Shown piece by piece: positions 63,918 to 64,000 of a stretch of 64,000 bases of DNA (its first letter is position 1; each line of letters begins with the position of its first letter). The translations under genes and the position numbers were made by a program. The stretch lies in the NCBI GenBank assembly GCA_964247055.1, contig OZ176050.1:1798001-1862000 (forward strand). Direction: 5' to 3'. Below the pieces are notes generated by a model. That model had not been told where the DNA came from and ran no database searches. It saw only the letters and a program-made list of their open reading frames with translations. The stretch is from Paragordius varius. Its lineage: Eukaryota > Animalia > Nematomorpha.

Positions 63918-64000
63918 CATTTTTTCAACCAAATGCAACATTTTTTCAACCAAACTCAACATTTTTTCAAGCAAACGCAACATTTTTTCAAGCAAAGACA
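63918..64000 (+). repeat. 21-bp tandem repeat, 4 copies, runs off the window
   Basis: CATTTTTTCAA(C/G)CAAA(TG/CT/CG)CAA at 63918, 63939, 63960 and 63981. Confidence 0.85.

Noticed and set aside
1-64000. Species assignment
   Set aside because: AT content and TE types fit several invertebrate groups; nothing in the window is diagnostic without a database search.

Overview
Very AT-rich eukaryotic (probably invertebrate) repeat DNA at the edge of a satellite array; no host protein-coding gene, rRNA, tRNA or CRISPR is supported. Bases 1-~32064 are ~180 copies of a ~178-bp satellite monomer, open at the left end. The array has two monomer subfamilies, an 8-mer (~1413 bp) higher-order repeat, a 7088-bp (40-mer) duplication, many internal palindromes and decaying monomers at its right edge. 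The rest is nested transposon DNA: a non-autonomous Helitron, a TTAA-flanked piggyBac-like MITE family (4 copies), a Ty3/gypsy pol fragment, a 3.6-kb TA-flanked foldback element, a second older ~3.6-kb palindrome, several smaller TIR elements, one near-full-length RTE-clade LINE with an internal endonuclease deletion, and three older RTE remnants. The most unusual object is the gypsy insertion (34435-37279): sense LTR (U3-R), then A22, then an antisense copy of LTR start, PPT and pol. It has TG...CA ends and a candidate 5-bp ATCAT target duplication, which suggests an integrated poly(A) self-primed (snap-back) cDNA. All coordinates and identities were read by eye and no database searches were run.
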